DNA of 64,000 nucleotides from Balanoglossus misakiensis (taxonomy: Eukaryota; Animalia; Hemichordata): contig CM082589.2 of assembly GCA_040954595.2 (NCBI GenBank), forward strand, positions 10,862,894-10,926,893, read 5' to 3'. Numbering within the stretch: position 1 is the stretch's first letter; the number at the start of each line of letters is the position of its first letter. Both the position numbers and the translations under genes were made by a program. Positions 35,323 to 50,300 of the stretch are shown piece by piece. The notes beneath the pieces were generated by a model, which was given only the letters and a program-made list of their open reading frames with translations, did no database searches and was not told the origin of the DNA.

Positions 35323-38300
35323 TTTTCGACTTTGCAAAATCTCAAAATTTCGTCGATTTTTGAAAAAAAATCATGGGTGAAAATGCATCAAAAAATGAGA
35401 AATTTTCGACTTTGCAAAATCTCAAAATTTCGTCAATTTTGAAAAAAATCATGGGTGAAAATCATCAAAAAATGACAAATTTTCGACTTTGCAAAATCTC
35501 AAAATTTCGTCGATTTTTGAAAAAAATCATGGGTGAAAATCATCAAAAAAATGACAAATTTTCGACTTTGCAAAATCTCAAAATTTTGTTGATTTTTGAA
35601 AAAAATCATAGGTGAAAATCATCAAAAAATGACAAATTTTCGACTTTGCAAAATCTCAAAATTTCGTCGATTTTTGAAGAAAATCATGGGTGAAAATCAT
35701 CAAAAAATGACAAATTTTCGACTTTGCAAAATCTCAAAATTTTTTCGATTTTTGAAAAAAGACATGGGTGAAAATCATCAAAAAATGACAAATTTTCGAC
35801 TTTGCAAAATCTCAAAATTTCGTCGATTTTTGAAAAAAATCATGGGGGAAAATCATGAAAAAAATGACAAATTTTCCTCTTTGCAAAATCTCAAAATTTC
35901 GTCGATTTTTAAAAAAAGACATGGGTGAAAATCATCAAAAAATAACAAATTTTCGACTTTGCAAAATCTCAAAATTTCGTCCATTTTTGAAAAAAAATCA
36001 TGGGTAAAAATCATCAAAAAATGACACATTTTCGACTTTGCAAAATCTCAAAATTTCGTCGATTTTTGAAAAAAAATCATGGGTGAAAATCATCAAAAAA
36101 TGACAAATTTTCGTCTTTGCAAAATCTCAAAATTTCGTCCATTTCTGAAAAAAAATTATGGGTAAAAATCATCAAAAATGACAAATTTTCATCTTTGCAA
36201 AATCTCAAATTTTCGTCGATTTTTGAAAAAAAATCATGGTTGAAAATCATCAAAAAATGACAAAATTTTCGACTTTGCAAAATCTCAAAATTTCGTCGAT
36301 TTTTGAAAAAAATCATGGGGGAAAATCATGAAAAAATGACAAATTTTCCTCTTTGCAAAATCTTAAAATTTCGTCGATTTTTGAAAAAAAATCATGGGTG
36401 AAAATCATCAAAAAATGACAAATTTTCGTCTTTGCAAAATCTCAAAATTTCGTCCATTTTTGAAAAAAATCATGGGTGAAAATCATCAAAAAATGACAAA
36501 TTTTCGACTTTGCAAAATCTCAACATTTCGTCAATTTTTGAAAAAATCATGGGTGAAAATCATCAAAAAATGACAAATTTTCGACTTTGCAAAATCTCAA
36601 AATTTCGTCGATTTTTGAAAAAAATCATGGGGGAAAATCATGAAAAAATGACAAATTTTCCTCTCTGCAAAATCTCAAAATTTCGTCGATTTTTGAAAAA
36701 AAATCATGGGTGAAAATCATCAAAAAATGACAAATTTTCGTCTTTGCAAAATCTCAAAATTTCGTCCATTTTTGAAAAAAAATCATGGGTAAAAATCATC
36801 AAAAATGACAAATTTTCGTCTTTGCAAAATCTCAAATTTTCGTCGATTTTTGAAAAAAAATCATGGTTGAAAATCATCAAAAAATGACAAAATTTTCGAC
36901 TTTGTAAAATCACAAAATTTCGTCGATTTTGAAAAAAATCATAGGTTCGTCGATTTTTAAAAAAAAAACATGGGTGAAAATCATCAAAAAATGACAAATT
37001 TTGAAAAAAAAACGGGTGAAAATCATCAAAAAATGACACATTTTCCTCTGCAAAATCTCAAAATTTCGTCGTTTTTTGAAAAAAAATCATTGGTGAAAAT
37101 CATCAAAAAATGACACATTTACGACTTTGCAAAATCTCAAAATTTCGTCGATTTTTGAAAAAAAATCATGGGTGAAAATCATGAAAAAATGACAAATTTG
37201 GAAAAAAAAACTGGTGAAAATCATCAAAAAATGACACATTTACGACTTTGCAAAATCTCAAAATTTCGTCGATTTTTGAAAAAAATCATGGGGGAAAATC
37301 ATGAAAAAATGACAAATTTTCCTCTGCAAAATCTCAAAATTTCGTCGATTTTTAAAAAAAGACATGGGTGAAAATCATCAAAAAATAACAAATTTTCGAC
37401 TTTGCAAAATCTCAAAATTTCGTCCATTTTTGAAAAAAAATCATGGGTAAAAATCATCAAAAAATGACAAATTTTCGTCTTTGCAAAATCTCACAATTTC
37501 GTCGATTTTTGAAAAAAATCATGTGTGAAAATCATCAAAAAATGACAAATTTTCGACTTTGCAAAATCTCAAAATTTCGTCAATTTTTGAAAAAATCATG
37601 GGTGAAATTCATCAAAAAATGACAAATTTTCGTCTTTGCAAAATCTCAAAATTTCGTCCATTTTAAAAAAAAACGGGGGAAAATCATCAAAAAATGACAA
37701 ATTTTCGACTTTGCAAAATCTCAAAATTTCGTCGATTTTTGAAAAAAAATCATGGGTGAAAATCATCAAAAAATGACAAATTTTCGACTTTGCAAAATCT
37801 CAAAATTTCGTCAATTTTTGAAAAAATCATGGGTGAAAATCATCAAAAAATGACAAATTTTCGTCTTTGCAAAATCTCAAAATTTCGTCGGTTTTTGAAA
37901 AATAATATGGGTGAAAATCATCAAAAAATGACAAATTTTTGACTGCAAAATCTCAAAATTTCGTCGATTTTTGAAAAAAATCATGGGTGAAAATCATCAA
38001 AAAATGACAAATTTTCGACTTTGCAAAATCTCAAAATTTCGTCGGTTTTGAAAAAAATCATGGGTTCGTCGATTTTTTTAAATAAAAACATGGGTAAAAA
38101 TCATCAAAAAATGACAAATGTTCGACTTTGCAAAATCTAAAAATTTCGTCGATTTTTGAAAAAAAATCATGGGTAAAAATCATCAAAAATGACAAATTTT
38201 CGACTTTGCAAAACTCAAAATTTTGTTGATTTTTGAAAAAAATCATAGGTGAAAATCATCAAAAAATGACAAATTTTCGACTTTGCAAAATCTCAAAATT

Positions 38301-41300
38301 TCGTCGATTTTTGAAGAAAATCATGGGTGAAAATCATCAAAAAATGACAAATTTTGAAAAAAAAACGGGTGAAAATCATCAAAAAATGACACATTTACGA
38401 CTTTGCAAAATCTCAAAATTTCGTCGATTTTTGAAAAAAAACCGGGTGAAAATCATCAAAAAATGACACATTTGCGACTTTGCAAAATCTCAAAATTTCG
38501 TCGATTTTTGAAAAAAAATCATGGGTGAAAATCATCAAAAAATGACAAATTTTCGATTTTGCAAAATCTCAAAATTTCGTCGATTTTTGAAAAAAAACGG
38601 GTGAAAATCATCAAAAAATGACACATTTTCGTCGACTTTGCAAAATCTCAAAATTTCGTCGATTTTTGAAAAAAATCATGGGGGAAAATCATGAAAAAAA
38701 TGACAAATTTTCCTCTTTGCAAAATCTCAAAATTTCGTCGATTTTTAAAAAAAGACATGGGTGAAAATCATCAAAAAATAACAAATTTTCGACTTTGCAA
38801 AATCTCAAAATTTCGTACATTTTTGAAAAAAAATCATTGGTGAAAATCATCAAAAAATGACAAATTTTGAAAAAAAAACGGGTGAAAATCGTCAAAAAAT
38901 GACACATTTTCGTCGACTTTGCAAAATCTCAAAATTTCGTCGATTTTTGAAAAAAATCATGGGGGAAAATCATGAAAAAATGACAAATTTTCCTCTTTGC
39001 AAAATCTCAAAATTTCGTCGATTTTTAAAAAAAGACATGGGTGAAAATCATCAAAAAATAACAAATTTTCGACTTTGCAAAATCTCAAAATTTCGTCGAT
39101 TTTTAAAAAAAGACATGGGTGAAAATCATCAAAAAATAACAAATTTTCGACTTTGCAAAATCTCAAAATTTCGTCCATTTTTGAAAAAAAATCTTTGGTG
39201 AAAATCATCAAAAAATGACAAATTTTGAAAAAAAAACGGGTGAAAATCATCAAAAAATGACAAATTTTCCTCTTTGCAAAATCTCAAAATTTCGTCGATT
39301 TTTGAAAAAAAATCATGGGTGAAAATCATCAAAAAATGACAAATTTTCGTCTTTGCAAAATCTCAAAATTTCGTCCATTTTTGAAAAAAAATCATGGGTA
39401 AAAATCATCAAAAATGACAAATTTTCGTCTTTGCAAAATCTCAAATTTTCGTCGATTTTTGAAAAAAAATCATGGTTGAAAATCATCAAAAAATGACAAA
39501 ATTTTCGACTTTGTAAAATCACAAAATTTCGTCGATTTTGAAAAAAATCATAGGTTCGTCGATTTTTTAAAAAAAAACATGGGTGAAAATCATCAAAAAA
39601 TGATAAATTTTCGACTTTGCAAAATCTCAAAATTTCGTCGATTTTTGAAGAAAATCAAGGGTGAAAATCATCAAAAAATGACAAATTTTGAAAAAAAACG
39701 GGTGAAAATCATCAAAAAATGACACATTTTCGTCGACTTTGCAAAATCTCAAAATTTCGTCGATTTTTGAAAAAAATCATGGGGGAAAATCATGAAAAAA
39801 TGACAAATTTTCCTCTTTGCAAAATCTCAAAATTTCGTCGATTTTTAAAAAAAGACATGGGTGAAAATCATCAAAAAATAACAAATTTTCGACTTTGCAA
39901 AACCTCAAAATTTCGTCCATTTTTGAAAAAAAATCATGGGTAAAAATCATCATAAAATGACAAATTTTCGTCTTTGCAAAATCTCACAATTTCGTCGATT
40001 TTTGAAAAAAATCATGTGTGAAAATCATCAAAAAATGACAAATTTTCGACTTTGCAAAATCTCAAAATTTCGTCAATTTTTGAAAAAATCATGGGTGAAA
40101 ATCATCAAAAAATAACAAATTTTCGTCTTTGCAAAATCTCAAAATTTCGTCCATTTAAAAAAAAAAACATGGGGGAAAATCATCAAAAAATGACACATTT
40201 ACGACTTTGCAAAATCTCAAAATTTCGTCGATTTTTGGAAAAAAACCATGGGTGAAAATCATGAAAAAATGACAAATTTTCCTCTTTGCAAAATCTCAAA
40301 ATTTCGTCGATTTTTGAAAAAAAATCATGGGTGAAAATCATCAAAAAATGACAAATTTTCGTCATTGCAAAATCTCAAAATTTCGTCCATTTTTGAAAAA
40401 AAATCATGGGTAAAATCATCAAAAATGACAAATTTTCGTCTTTGCAAAATCTCAAATTTTCGTCGATTTTTGAAAAAAAATCATGGTTGAAAATCATCAA
40501 AAAATGACAAAATTTTCGACTTTGTAAAATCACAAAATTTCGTCGATTTTGAAAAAAATCATAGGTTCGTCGATTTTTAAAAAAAAAAACATGGGTGAAA
40601 ATCATCAAAAAATGACAAATTTTCGTCTTTGCAAAATCTCAAAATTTCGTCAATTTTCAAAAAAAAACATGGGGGAAAATCATCAAAAAATGACAAATGT
40701 TCGACTTTGCAAAATCTCAAAATTTCGTCGATTTTTGAAAAAAATCATGGGTGAAAATCATCAAAAAATGACAAATTTTCGACTTTGCAAAATCTCAAAA
40801 TTTCGTCAATTTTTGAAAAAATCATGGGTGAAAATCATCAAAAAATGACAAATTTTCGTCTTTGCAAAATCTCAAAATTTCGTCGGTTTTTGAAAAATAA
40901 TATGGGTGAAAATAATCAAAAAATGACAAATTTTTGACTGCAAAATCTCAACATTTCGTCGATTTTTGAAAAAAATCATGGGTGAAAATCATCAAAAAAT
41001 GACAAATTTTCGACTTTGCAAAATCTCAAAATTTCGTCAATTTTTGAAAAAATCATAGGTGAAAATCATCAAAAAATGACAAATTTTCGTCTATGCAAAA
41101 TCTCAAAATTTCGTCGGTTTTGAAAAAAATCATGGGTTCGTCGATTTTTTTAAATAAAAACATGGGTGAAAATCATCAAAAAATGACCAATGTTCGACTT
41201 TGCAAAATCTCAAAATTTCGTCGATTTTTGAAAAAAATCATGGGTGAAAATCATCAAAAAAATGACAAATTTTCGACTTTGCAAAATCTCAAAATTTCGT

Positions 41301-44300
41301 CGATTTTTGAAGAAAATCATGGGTGAAAATCATCAAAAAATGACAAATTTTCGACTTTGCAAAATCTCAAAATTTTTTCGATTGTTGAAAAAAATCATCG
41401 GTGAAAATCATCAAAAAATGACAAATTTTCGACTTTGCAAAATCTCAAAATTTTGTTGATTTTTGAAAAAAATCATAGGTGAAAATCATCAAAAAATGAC
41501 AAATTTTCGACTTTGCAAAATCTCAAAATTTCGTCGATTTTTGAAGAAAATCATGGGTGAAAATCATCAAAAAATGACAAATTTTGAAAAAAAAACGGGT
41601 GAAAATCATCAAAAAATGACAAATTTTCGACTTTGCAAAATCTCAAAATTTTTTCGATTGTTGAAAAAAATCATCGGTGAAAATCATCAAAAAATGACAA
41701 ATTTTCGACTTTGCAAAATCTCAAAATTTCGTTGATTTTTGAAGAAAATCATGGGTGAAAATCATCAAAAAATGACAAATTTTCGACTTTGCAAAATCTC
41801 AAAATTTTTTCGATTGTTGAAAAAAATCATCGGTGAAAATCATCAAAAAATGACAAATTTTCGACTTTGCAAAATCTCAAAATTTTGTTGATTTTTGAAA
41901 AAAATCATAGGTGAAAATCATCAAAAAATGACAAATTTTCGACTTTGCAAAATCTCAAAATTTCGTCGATTTTTGAAGAAAATCATGGGTGAAAATCATC
42001 AAAAAATGACAAATTTTGAAAAAAAAACGGGTGAAAATCATCAAAAAATGACACATTTACGACTTTGCAAAATCTCAAAATTTCGTCGATTTTTGAAAAA
42101 AAACCGGGTGAAAATCATCAAAAAATGACACATTTACGACTTTGCAAAATCTCAAAATTTCGTCGATTTTTGAAAAAAAATCATGGGTGAAAATCATCAA
42201 AAAATGACAAATTTTCGATTTTGCAAAATCTCAAAATTTCGTCGATTTTTGAAAAAAAACGGGTGAAAATCATCAAAAAATGACACATTTTCGTCGACTT
42301 TGCAAAATCTCAAAATTTCGTCGATTTTTGAAAAAAATCATGGGGGAAAATCATGAAAAAAATGACAAATTTTCCTCTTTGCAAAATCTCAAAATTTCGT
42401 CGATTTTTAAAAAAAAGACATGGGTGAAAATCATCAAAAAATAACAAATTTTCGACTTTGCAAAATCTCAAAATTTCGTCCATTTTTGAAAAAAAATCAT
42501 GGGTAAAAATCATCAAAAAATGACAAATTTTGAAAAAAAAACGGGTGAAAATCATCAAAAAATGACACATTTTCGACTTTGCAAAATCTCAAAATTTCGT
42601 CAATTTTTGAAAAAAAATCATGGGTGAAAATCATCAAAAAATGACAAATTTTCGTCTTTGCAAAATCTCAAAATTTCGTCCATTTCTGAAAAAAAATTAT
42701 GGGTAAAAATCATCAAAAATGACAAATTTTCATCTTTGCAAAATCTCAAATTTTCGTCGATTTTTGAAAAAAAATCATGGTTGAAAATCATCAAAAAATG
42801 ACAAAATTTTCGACTTTGCAAAATCTCAAAATTTCGTCGATTTTTGAAAAAAATCATGGGGGAAAATCATGAAAAAATGACAAATTCTCCTCTTTGCAAA
42901 ATCTCAAAATTTCGTCGATTTTTGAAAAAAAATCATGGGTGAAAATCATCAAAAAATGACAAATTTTCGTCTTTGCAAAATCTCAAAATTTCGTCCATTT
43001 TTGAAAAAAATCACGGGTGAAAATCATCAAAAAATGACAAATTTTCGTCTTTGCAAAATCACAAAATTTCGTCGATTTTGAAAAAAATCATAGGTTCGTC
43101 GATTTTTAAAAAAAAAACATGGGTGAAAATCATCAAAAAATGACAAATTTTCGACTTTGCAAAATCTCAAAATTTCGTCGATTTTTGAAGAAAATCATGG
43201 GTGAAAATCATCAAAAAATGACAAATTTTGAAAAAAAAACGGGTGAAAATCATCAAAAAATGACACATTTACGACTTTGCAAAATCTCAAAATTTCGTCG
43301 ATTTTTGAAAAAAAATCATGGGTAAAAATCATCATAAAATGACAAATTTTCGTCTTTGCAAAATCTCACAATTTCGTCGATTTTTGAAAAAAATCATGTG
43401 TGAAAATCATCAAAAAATGACAAATTTTCGACTTTGCAAAATCTCAAAATTTCGTCAATTTTTGAAAAAATCATGGGTGAAAATCATCAAAAAATAACAA
43501 ATTTTCGTCTTTGCAAAATCTCAAAATTTCGTCCATTTAAAAAAAAAAACATGGGGGAAAATCATCAAAAAATGACACATTTACGACTTTGCAAAATCTC
43601 AAAATTTCGTCGATTTTTGGAAAAAAACCATGGGTGAAAATCATGAAAAAATGACAAATTTTCCTCTTTGCAAAATCTCAAAATTTCGTCGATTTTTGAA
43701 AAAAAATCATGGGTGAAAATCATCAAAAAATGACAAATTTTCGTCATTGCAAAATCTCAAAATTTCGTCCATTTTTGAAAAAAAATCATGGGTAAAATCA
43801 TCAAAAATGACAAATTTTCGTCTTTGCAAAATCTCAAATTTTCGTCGATTTTTGAAAAAAAATCATGGTTGAAAATCATCAAAAAATGACAAAATTTTCG
43901 ACTTTGTAAAATCACAAAATTTCGTCGATTTTGAAAAAAATCATAGGTTCGTCGATTTTTAAAAAAAAAAACATGGGTGAAAATCATCAAAAAATGACAA
44001 ATTTTGAAAAAAAACGGGTGAAAATCATCAAAAAATGACACATTTTCGTCGTCTTTGCAAAATCTCACAATTTCGTCGATTTTTGAAAAAAATCATGTGT
44101 GAAAATCATCAAAAAATGACAAATTTTCGACTTTGCAAAATCTCAAAATTTCGTCAATTTTTGAAAAAATCATGGGTGAAAATCATCAAAAAATGACAAA
44201 TTTTCGTCTTTGCAAAATCTCAAAATTTCGTCAATTTTCAAAAAAAAACATGGGGGAAAATCATCAAAAAATGACAAATGTTCGACTTTGCAAAATCTCA

Positions 44301-47300
44301 AAATTTCGTCGATTTTTGAAAAAAATCATGGGTGAAAATCATCAAAAAATGACAAATTTTCGACTTTGCAAAATCTCAAAATTTCGTCAATTTTTGAAAA
44401 AATCATGGGTGAAAATCATCAAAAAATGACAAATTTTCGTCTTTGCAAAATCTCAAAATTTCGTCGGTTTTTGAAAAATAATATGGGTGAAAATAATCAA
44501 AAAATGACAAATTTTTGACTGCAAAATCTCAACATTTCGTCGATTTTTGAAAAAAATCATGGGTGAAAATCATCAAAAAATGACAAATTTTCGACTTTGC
44601 AAAATCTCAAAATTTCGTCAATTTTTGAAAAAATCATAGGTGAAAATCATCAAAAAATGACAAATTTTCGTCTATGCAAAATCTCAAAATTTCGTCGGTT
44701 TTGAAAAAAAACATGGGTTCGTCGATTTTTTTAAATAAAAACATGGGTGAAAATCATCAAAAAATGACCAATGTTCGACTTTGCAAAATCTCACAATTTC
44801 GTCGATTTTTGAAAAAAAATCATGGGTGAAAATGCACCAAAAAATGAGAAATTTTCGACTTTGCAAAGTCTCAAAATTTCGTCAATTTTGAAAAAAATCA
44901 TGGCTGAAAATCTTCAAAAAATGACAAATTTTCGACTTTGCAAAATCTCAAAATTTCGTCGATTTTTGAAAAAAATCATGGGTGAAAATCATCAAAAAAA
45001 TGACAAATTTTCGACTTTGCAAAATCTCAAAATTTCGTCGATTTTTGAAGAAAATCATGGGTGAAAATCATCAAAAAATGACAAATTTTCGACTTTGCAA
45101 AATCTCAAAATTTTTTCGATTGTTGAAAAAAATCATCGGTGAAAATCATCAAAAAATGACAAATTTTCGACTTTGCAAAATCTCAAAATTTCGTCAATTT
45201 TGAAAAAAATCATGGCTGAAAATCATCAAAAAATGACAAATTTTCGACTTTGCAAAATCTCAAAATTTCGTCGATTTTTGAAAAAAATCATGGGTGAAAA
45301 TCATCAAAAAAATGACAAATTTTCGACTTTGCAAAATCTCAAAATTTCGTCGATTTTTGAAGAAAATCATGGGTGAAAATCATCAAAAAATGACAAATTT
45401 TCGACTTTGCAAAATCTCAAAATTTTTTCGATTGTTGAAAAAAATCATGGGTGAAAATCATTAAAAAATGACAAATTTTCGACTTTGCAAAATCTCAAAA
45501 TTTCGTTGATTTTTGAAGAAAATCATGGGTGAAAATCATCAAAAAATGACAAATTTTCGACTTTGCAAAATCTCAAAATTTTTTCGATTGTTGAAAAAAA
45601 TCATCGGTGAAAATCATCAAAAAATGACAAATTTTCGACTTTGCAAAATCTCAAAATTTTGTTGATTTTTGAAAAAAATCATAGGTGAAAATCATCAAAA
45701 AATGACAAATTTTCGACTTTGCAAAATCTCAAAATTTCGTCGATTTTTGAAGAAAATCATGGGTGAAAATCATCAAAAAATGACAAATTTACGACTTTGC
45801 AAAATCTCAAAATTTCGTCGATTTTTGAAAAAAAACCGGGTGAAAATCATCAAAAAATGACACATTTACGACTTTGCAAAATCTCAAAATTTCGTCGATT
45901 TTTGAAAAAAAATCATGGGTGAAAATCATCAAAAAATGACAAATTTTCGATTTTGCAAAATCTCAAAATTTCGTCAATTTTGAATAAAAATCATGGGTGA
46001 AAATCATCAAAAAATGACAAATTTTCGAGTTTGCAAAATCTCACAATTTCGTCGATTTTTGAAAAAAAATCATGGGTGAAAATGCACCAAAAAATGAGAA
46101 ATTTTCGACTTTGCAAAATCTCAAAATTTCGTCCATTTTTGAAAAAAAATCATGGGTAAAAATCATCAAAAATGACAAATTTTCGTCTTTGCAAAATCTC
46201 AAATTTTCGTCGATTTTTGAAAAAAAATCATGGGTGAAAATCATCAAAAAAATGACAAATTTTCGACTTTGCAAAATCTCAAAATTTCGTCGATTTTTGA
46301 AGAAAATCATGGGTGAAAATCATCAAAAAATGACAAATTTTCGACTTTGCAAAATCTCAAAATTTTTTCGATTGTTGAAAAAAATCATCGGTGAAAATCA
46401 TCAAAAAATGACAAATTTTCGACTTCGCAAAATCTCAAAATTTTGTTGATTTTTTAAAAAAAAACATGGGTGAAAATCATCAAAAAATGACAAATTTAAA
46501 AAAAAAACGGTTGAAAATCATCAAAAAATGACACATTTACGACTTTGCAAAATCTCAAAATTTCGTCGATTTTTGAAAAAAATCATGGGGGAAAATCATG
46601 AAAAAATGACAAATTTTCGACTTTGCAAAATCTCAAAATTTCGTCAATTTTGAATAAAAATCATGGGTGAAAATCATCAAAAAATGACAAATTTTCGACT
46701 TTGCAAAATCTCACAATTTCGTCGATTTTTGAAAAAAAATCATGGGTGAAAATGCACCAAAAAATGACAAATTTTCGACTTTGCAAAATCTCAAAATTTC
46801 GTCAATTTTGAAAAAAATCATGGCTGAAAATCATCAAAAAATGACAAATTTTCGACTTTGCAAAATCTCAAAATTTCGTCAATTTTGAAAAAAATCATGG
46901 GTGAAAATCATCAAAAAATGACAAATTTTCGACTTTGCAAAATCTCAAAATTTCGTCGATTTTTGAAAAAAATCATGGGTGAAAATCATCAAAAAAATGA
47001 CAAATTTTCGACTTTGCAAAATCTCAAAATTTCGTCGATTTTTGAAGAAAATCATGGGTGAAAATCATCAAAAAATGACAAATTTTCGACTTTGCAAAAT
47101 CTCAAAATTTTTTCGATTGTTGAAAAAAATCATCGGTGAAAATCATCAAAAAATGACAAATTTTCGACTTCGCAAAATCTCAAAATTTTGTTGATTTTTT
47201 AAAAAAAAACATGGGTGAAAATCATCAAAAAATGACAAATTTAAAAAAAAAAACGGTTGAAAATCATCAAAAAATGACACATTTACGACTTTGCAAAATC

Positions 47301-50300
47301 TCAAAATTTCGTCGATTTTTGAAAAAAATCATGGGGGAAAATCATGAAAAAATGACAAATTTTCGACTTTGCAAAATCTCAAAATTTCGTCAATTTTGAA
47401 TAAAAATCATGGGTGAAAATCATCAAAAAATGACAAATTTTCGACTTTGCAAAATCTCACAATTTCGTCGATTTTTGAAAAAAAATCATGGGTGAAAATG
47501 CACCAAAAAATGAGAAATTTTCGACTTTGCAAAATCTCAAAATTTCGTCAATTTTGAAAAAAATCATGGGTGAAAATCATCAAAAAATGACAAATTTTCG
47601 ACTTTGCAAAATCTCAAAATTTCGTCGATTTTTGAAAAAAATCATGGGTGAAAATCATCAAAAAAATGACAAATTTTCGACTTTGCAAAATCTCAAAATT
47701 TCGTCGATTTTTGAAGAAAATCATGGGTGAAAATCATCAAAAAATGACAAATTTTCGACTTTGCAAAATCTCAAAATTTTTTCGATTGTTGAAAAAAATC
47801 ATCGGTGAAAATCATCAAAAAATGACAAATTTTCGACTTTGCAAAATCTCAAAATTTCGTCAATTTTGAAAAAAATCATGGCTGAAAATCATCAAAAAAT
47901 GACAAATTTTCGACTTTGCAAAATCTCAAAATTTCGTCGATTTTTGAAAAAAATCATGGGTGAAAATCATCAAAAAAATGACAATTTTTCGACTTTGCAA
48001 AATCTCAAAATTTCGTCGATTTTGAAAAAAATCATGGGTTCGTCCATTTTTGAAAAAAAAACATTGGGTGAAAATCATCAAAAAATGACAAATTTTCGAC
48101 TTTGCAAAATCTCAAAATTTCGTCGATTTTTGAAGAAAATCATGGGTGAAAATCATCAAAAAAATGACAAATTTTCGACTTTGCAAAATCTCAAAATTTC
48201 GTCGATTTTTGAAGAAAATCATGGGTGAAAATCATCAAAAAATGACAAATTTTCGACTTTGCAAAATCTCAAAATTTTTTCGATTGTTGAAAAAAATCAT
48301 CGGTGAAAATCATCAAAAAATGACAAATTTTCGATTTTGCAAAATCTCAAAATTTCGTCGATTTTTGAAAAAAAACGGGTGAAAATCATCAAAAAATGAC
48401 ACATTTTCGTCGACTTTGCAAAATCTCAAAATTTCGTCGATTTTTGAAAAAAATCATGGGGGAAAATCATGAAAAAAATGACAAATTTTCCTCTTTGCAA
48501 AATCTCAAAATTTCGTCGATTTTTAAAAAAAAGACATGGGTGAAAATCATCAAAAAATAACAAATTTTCGACTTTGCAAAATCTCAAAATTTCGTCCATT
48601 TTTGAAAAAAAATCATGGGTAAAAATCATCAAAAAATGACAAATTTTGAAAAAAAACGGGTGAAAATCATCAAAAAATGACACATTTTCGACTTTGCAAA
48701 ATCTCAAAATTTCGTCAATTTTTGAAAAAAAATCATGGGTGAAAATCATCAAAAAATGACAAATTTTCGTCTTTGCAAAATCTCAAAATTTCGTCCATTT
48801 CTGAAAAAAAATTATGGGTAAAAATCATCAAAAATGACAAATTTTCATCTTTGCAAAATCTCAAATTTTCGTCGATTTTTGAAAAAAAATCATGGTTGAA
48901 AATCATCAAAAAATGACAAAATTTTCGACTTTGCAAAATCTCAAAATTTCGTCGATTTTTGAAAAAAATCATGGGGGAAAATCATGAAAAAATGACAAAT
49001 TCTCCTCTTTGCAAAATCTCAAAATTTCGTCGATTTTTGAAAAAAAATCATGGGTGAAAATCATCAAAAAATGACAAATTTTCGTCTTTGCAAAATCTCA
49101 AAATTTCGTCCATTTTTGAAAAAAATCACGGGTGAAAATCATCAAAAAATGACAAATTTTCGACTTTGCAAAATCTCAACATTTCGTCAATTTTTGAAAA
49201 AATCATGGGTGAAAATCATCAAAAAATGACAAATTTTCGACTTTGCAAAATCTCAAAATTTCGTCGATTTTTGAAAAAAATCATGGGGGAAAATCATGAA
49301 AAAATGACAAATTTTCCTCTTTGCAAAATCTCAAAATTTCGTCGATTTTTGAAAAAAATCATGGGGGAAAATCATGAAAAAATGACAAATTTTCCTCTTT
49401 GCAAAATCACAAAATTTCGTCGATTTTGAAAAAAATCATTGGTTCGTCGATTTTTAAAAAAAAAACATGGGTGAAAATCATCAAAAAATGACAAATTTTG
49501 AAAAAAAAAAACGGGTGAAAATCATCAAAAAATGACACATTTTCCTCTGCAAAATCTCAAAATTTCGTCGTTTTTTGAAAAAAAATCATGGGTGAAAATC
49601 ATCAAAAAATGACAAATTTTCGTCTTTGCAAAATCTCAAAATTTCGTCCATTTTAGAAAAAAAATCATGGGTAAAAATCATCGAAAATGACAAATTTTCG
49701 TCTTTGCAAAATCTCAAATTTTCGTCGATTTTTGAAAAAAATCATGGGGGAAAATCATGAAAAAATGACAAATTTTGAAAAAAAAAACTGGTGAAAATCA
49801 TCAAAAAATGACACATTTACGACTTTGCAAAATCTCAAAATTTCGTCGATTTTTGAAAAAAAATCATGGGTGAAAATCATCAAAAAATGACAAATTTTCG
49901 TCTTTGCAAAATCTCAAAATTTCGTCCATTTTTGAAAAAAAATCATGGGTAAAAATCATCAAAAATGACAAATTTTCGTCTTTGCAAAATCTCAAATTTT
50001 CGTCGATTTTTGAAAAAAAATCATGGTTGAAAATCATCAAAAAATGACAAAATTTTCGACTTTGTAAAATCACAAAATTTCGTCGATTTTTGAAAAAAAT
50101 CATGGGGGAAAATCATCAAAAAATGACAAATTTTCCTCTTTGCAAAATCTCAAAATTTCGTCCATTTTTGAAAAAAAATCATGGGTAAAAATCATCAAAA
50201 ATGACAAATTTTTGTCTTTGCAAAATCTCAAATTTTCGTCGATTTTTGAAAAAAAATCATGGTTGAAAATCATCAAAAAATGACAAAATTTTCGACTTTG

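Noticed and set aside
38575-38605. CENP-B box-like TTCG...CGGG in some monomers
   Set aside because: Spacing is much longer than the 7 nt required between TTCG and CGGG.
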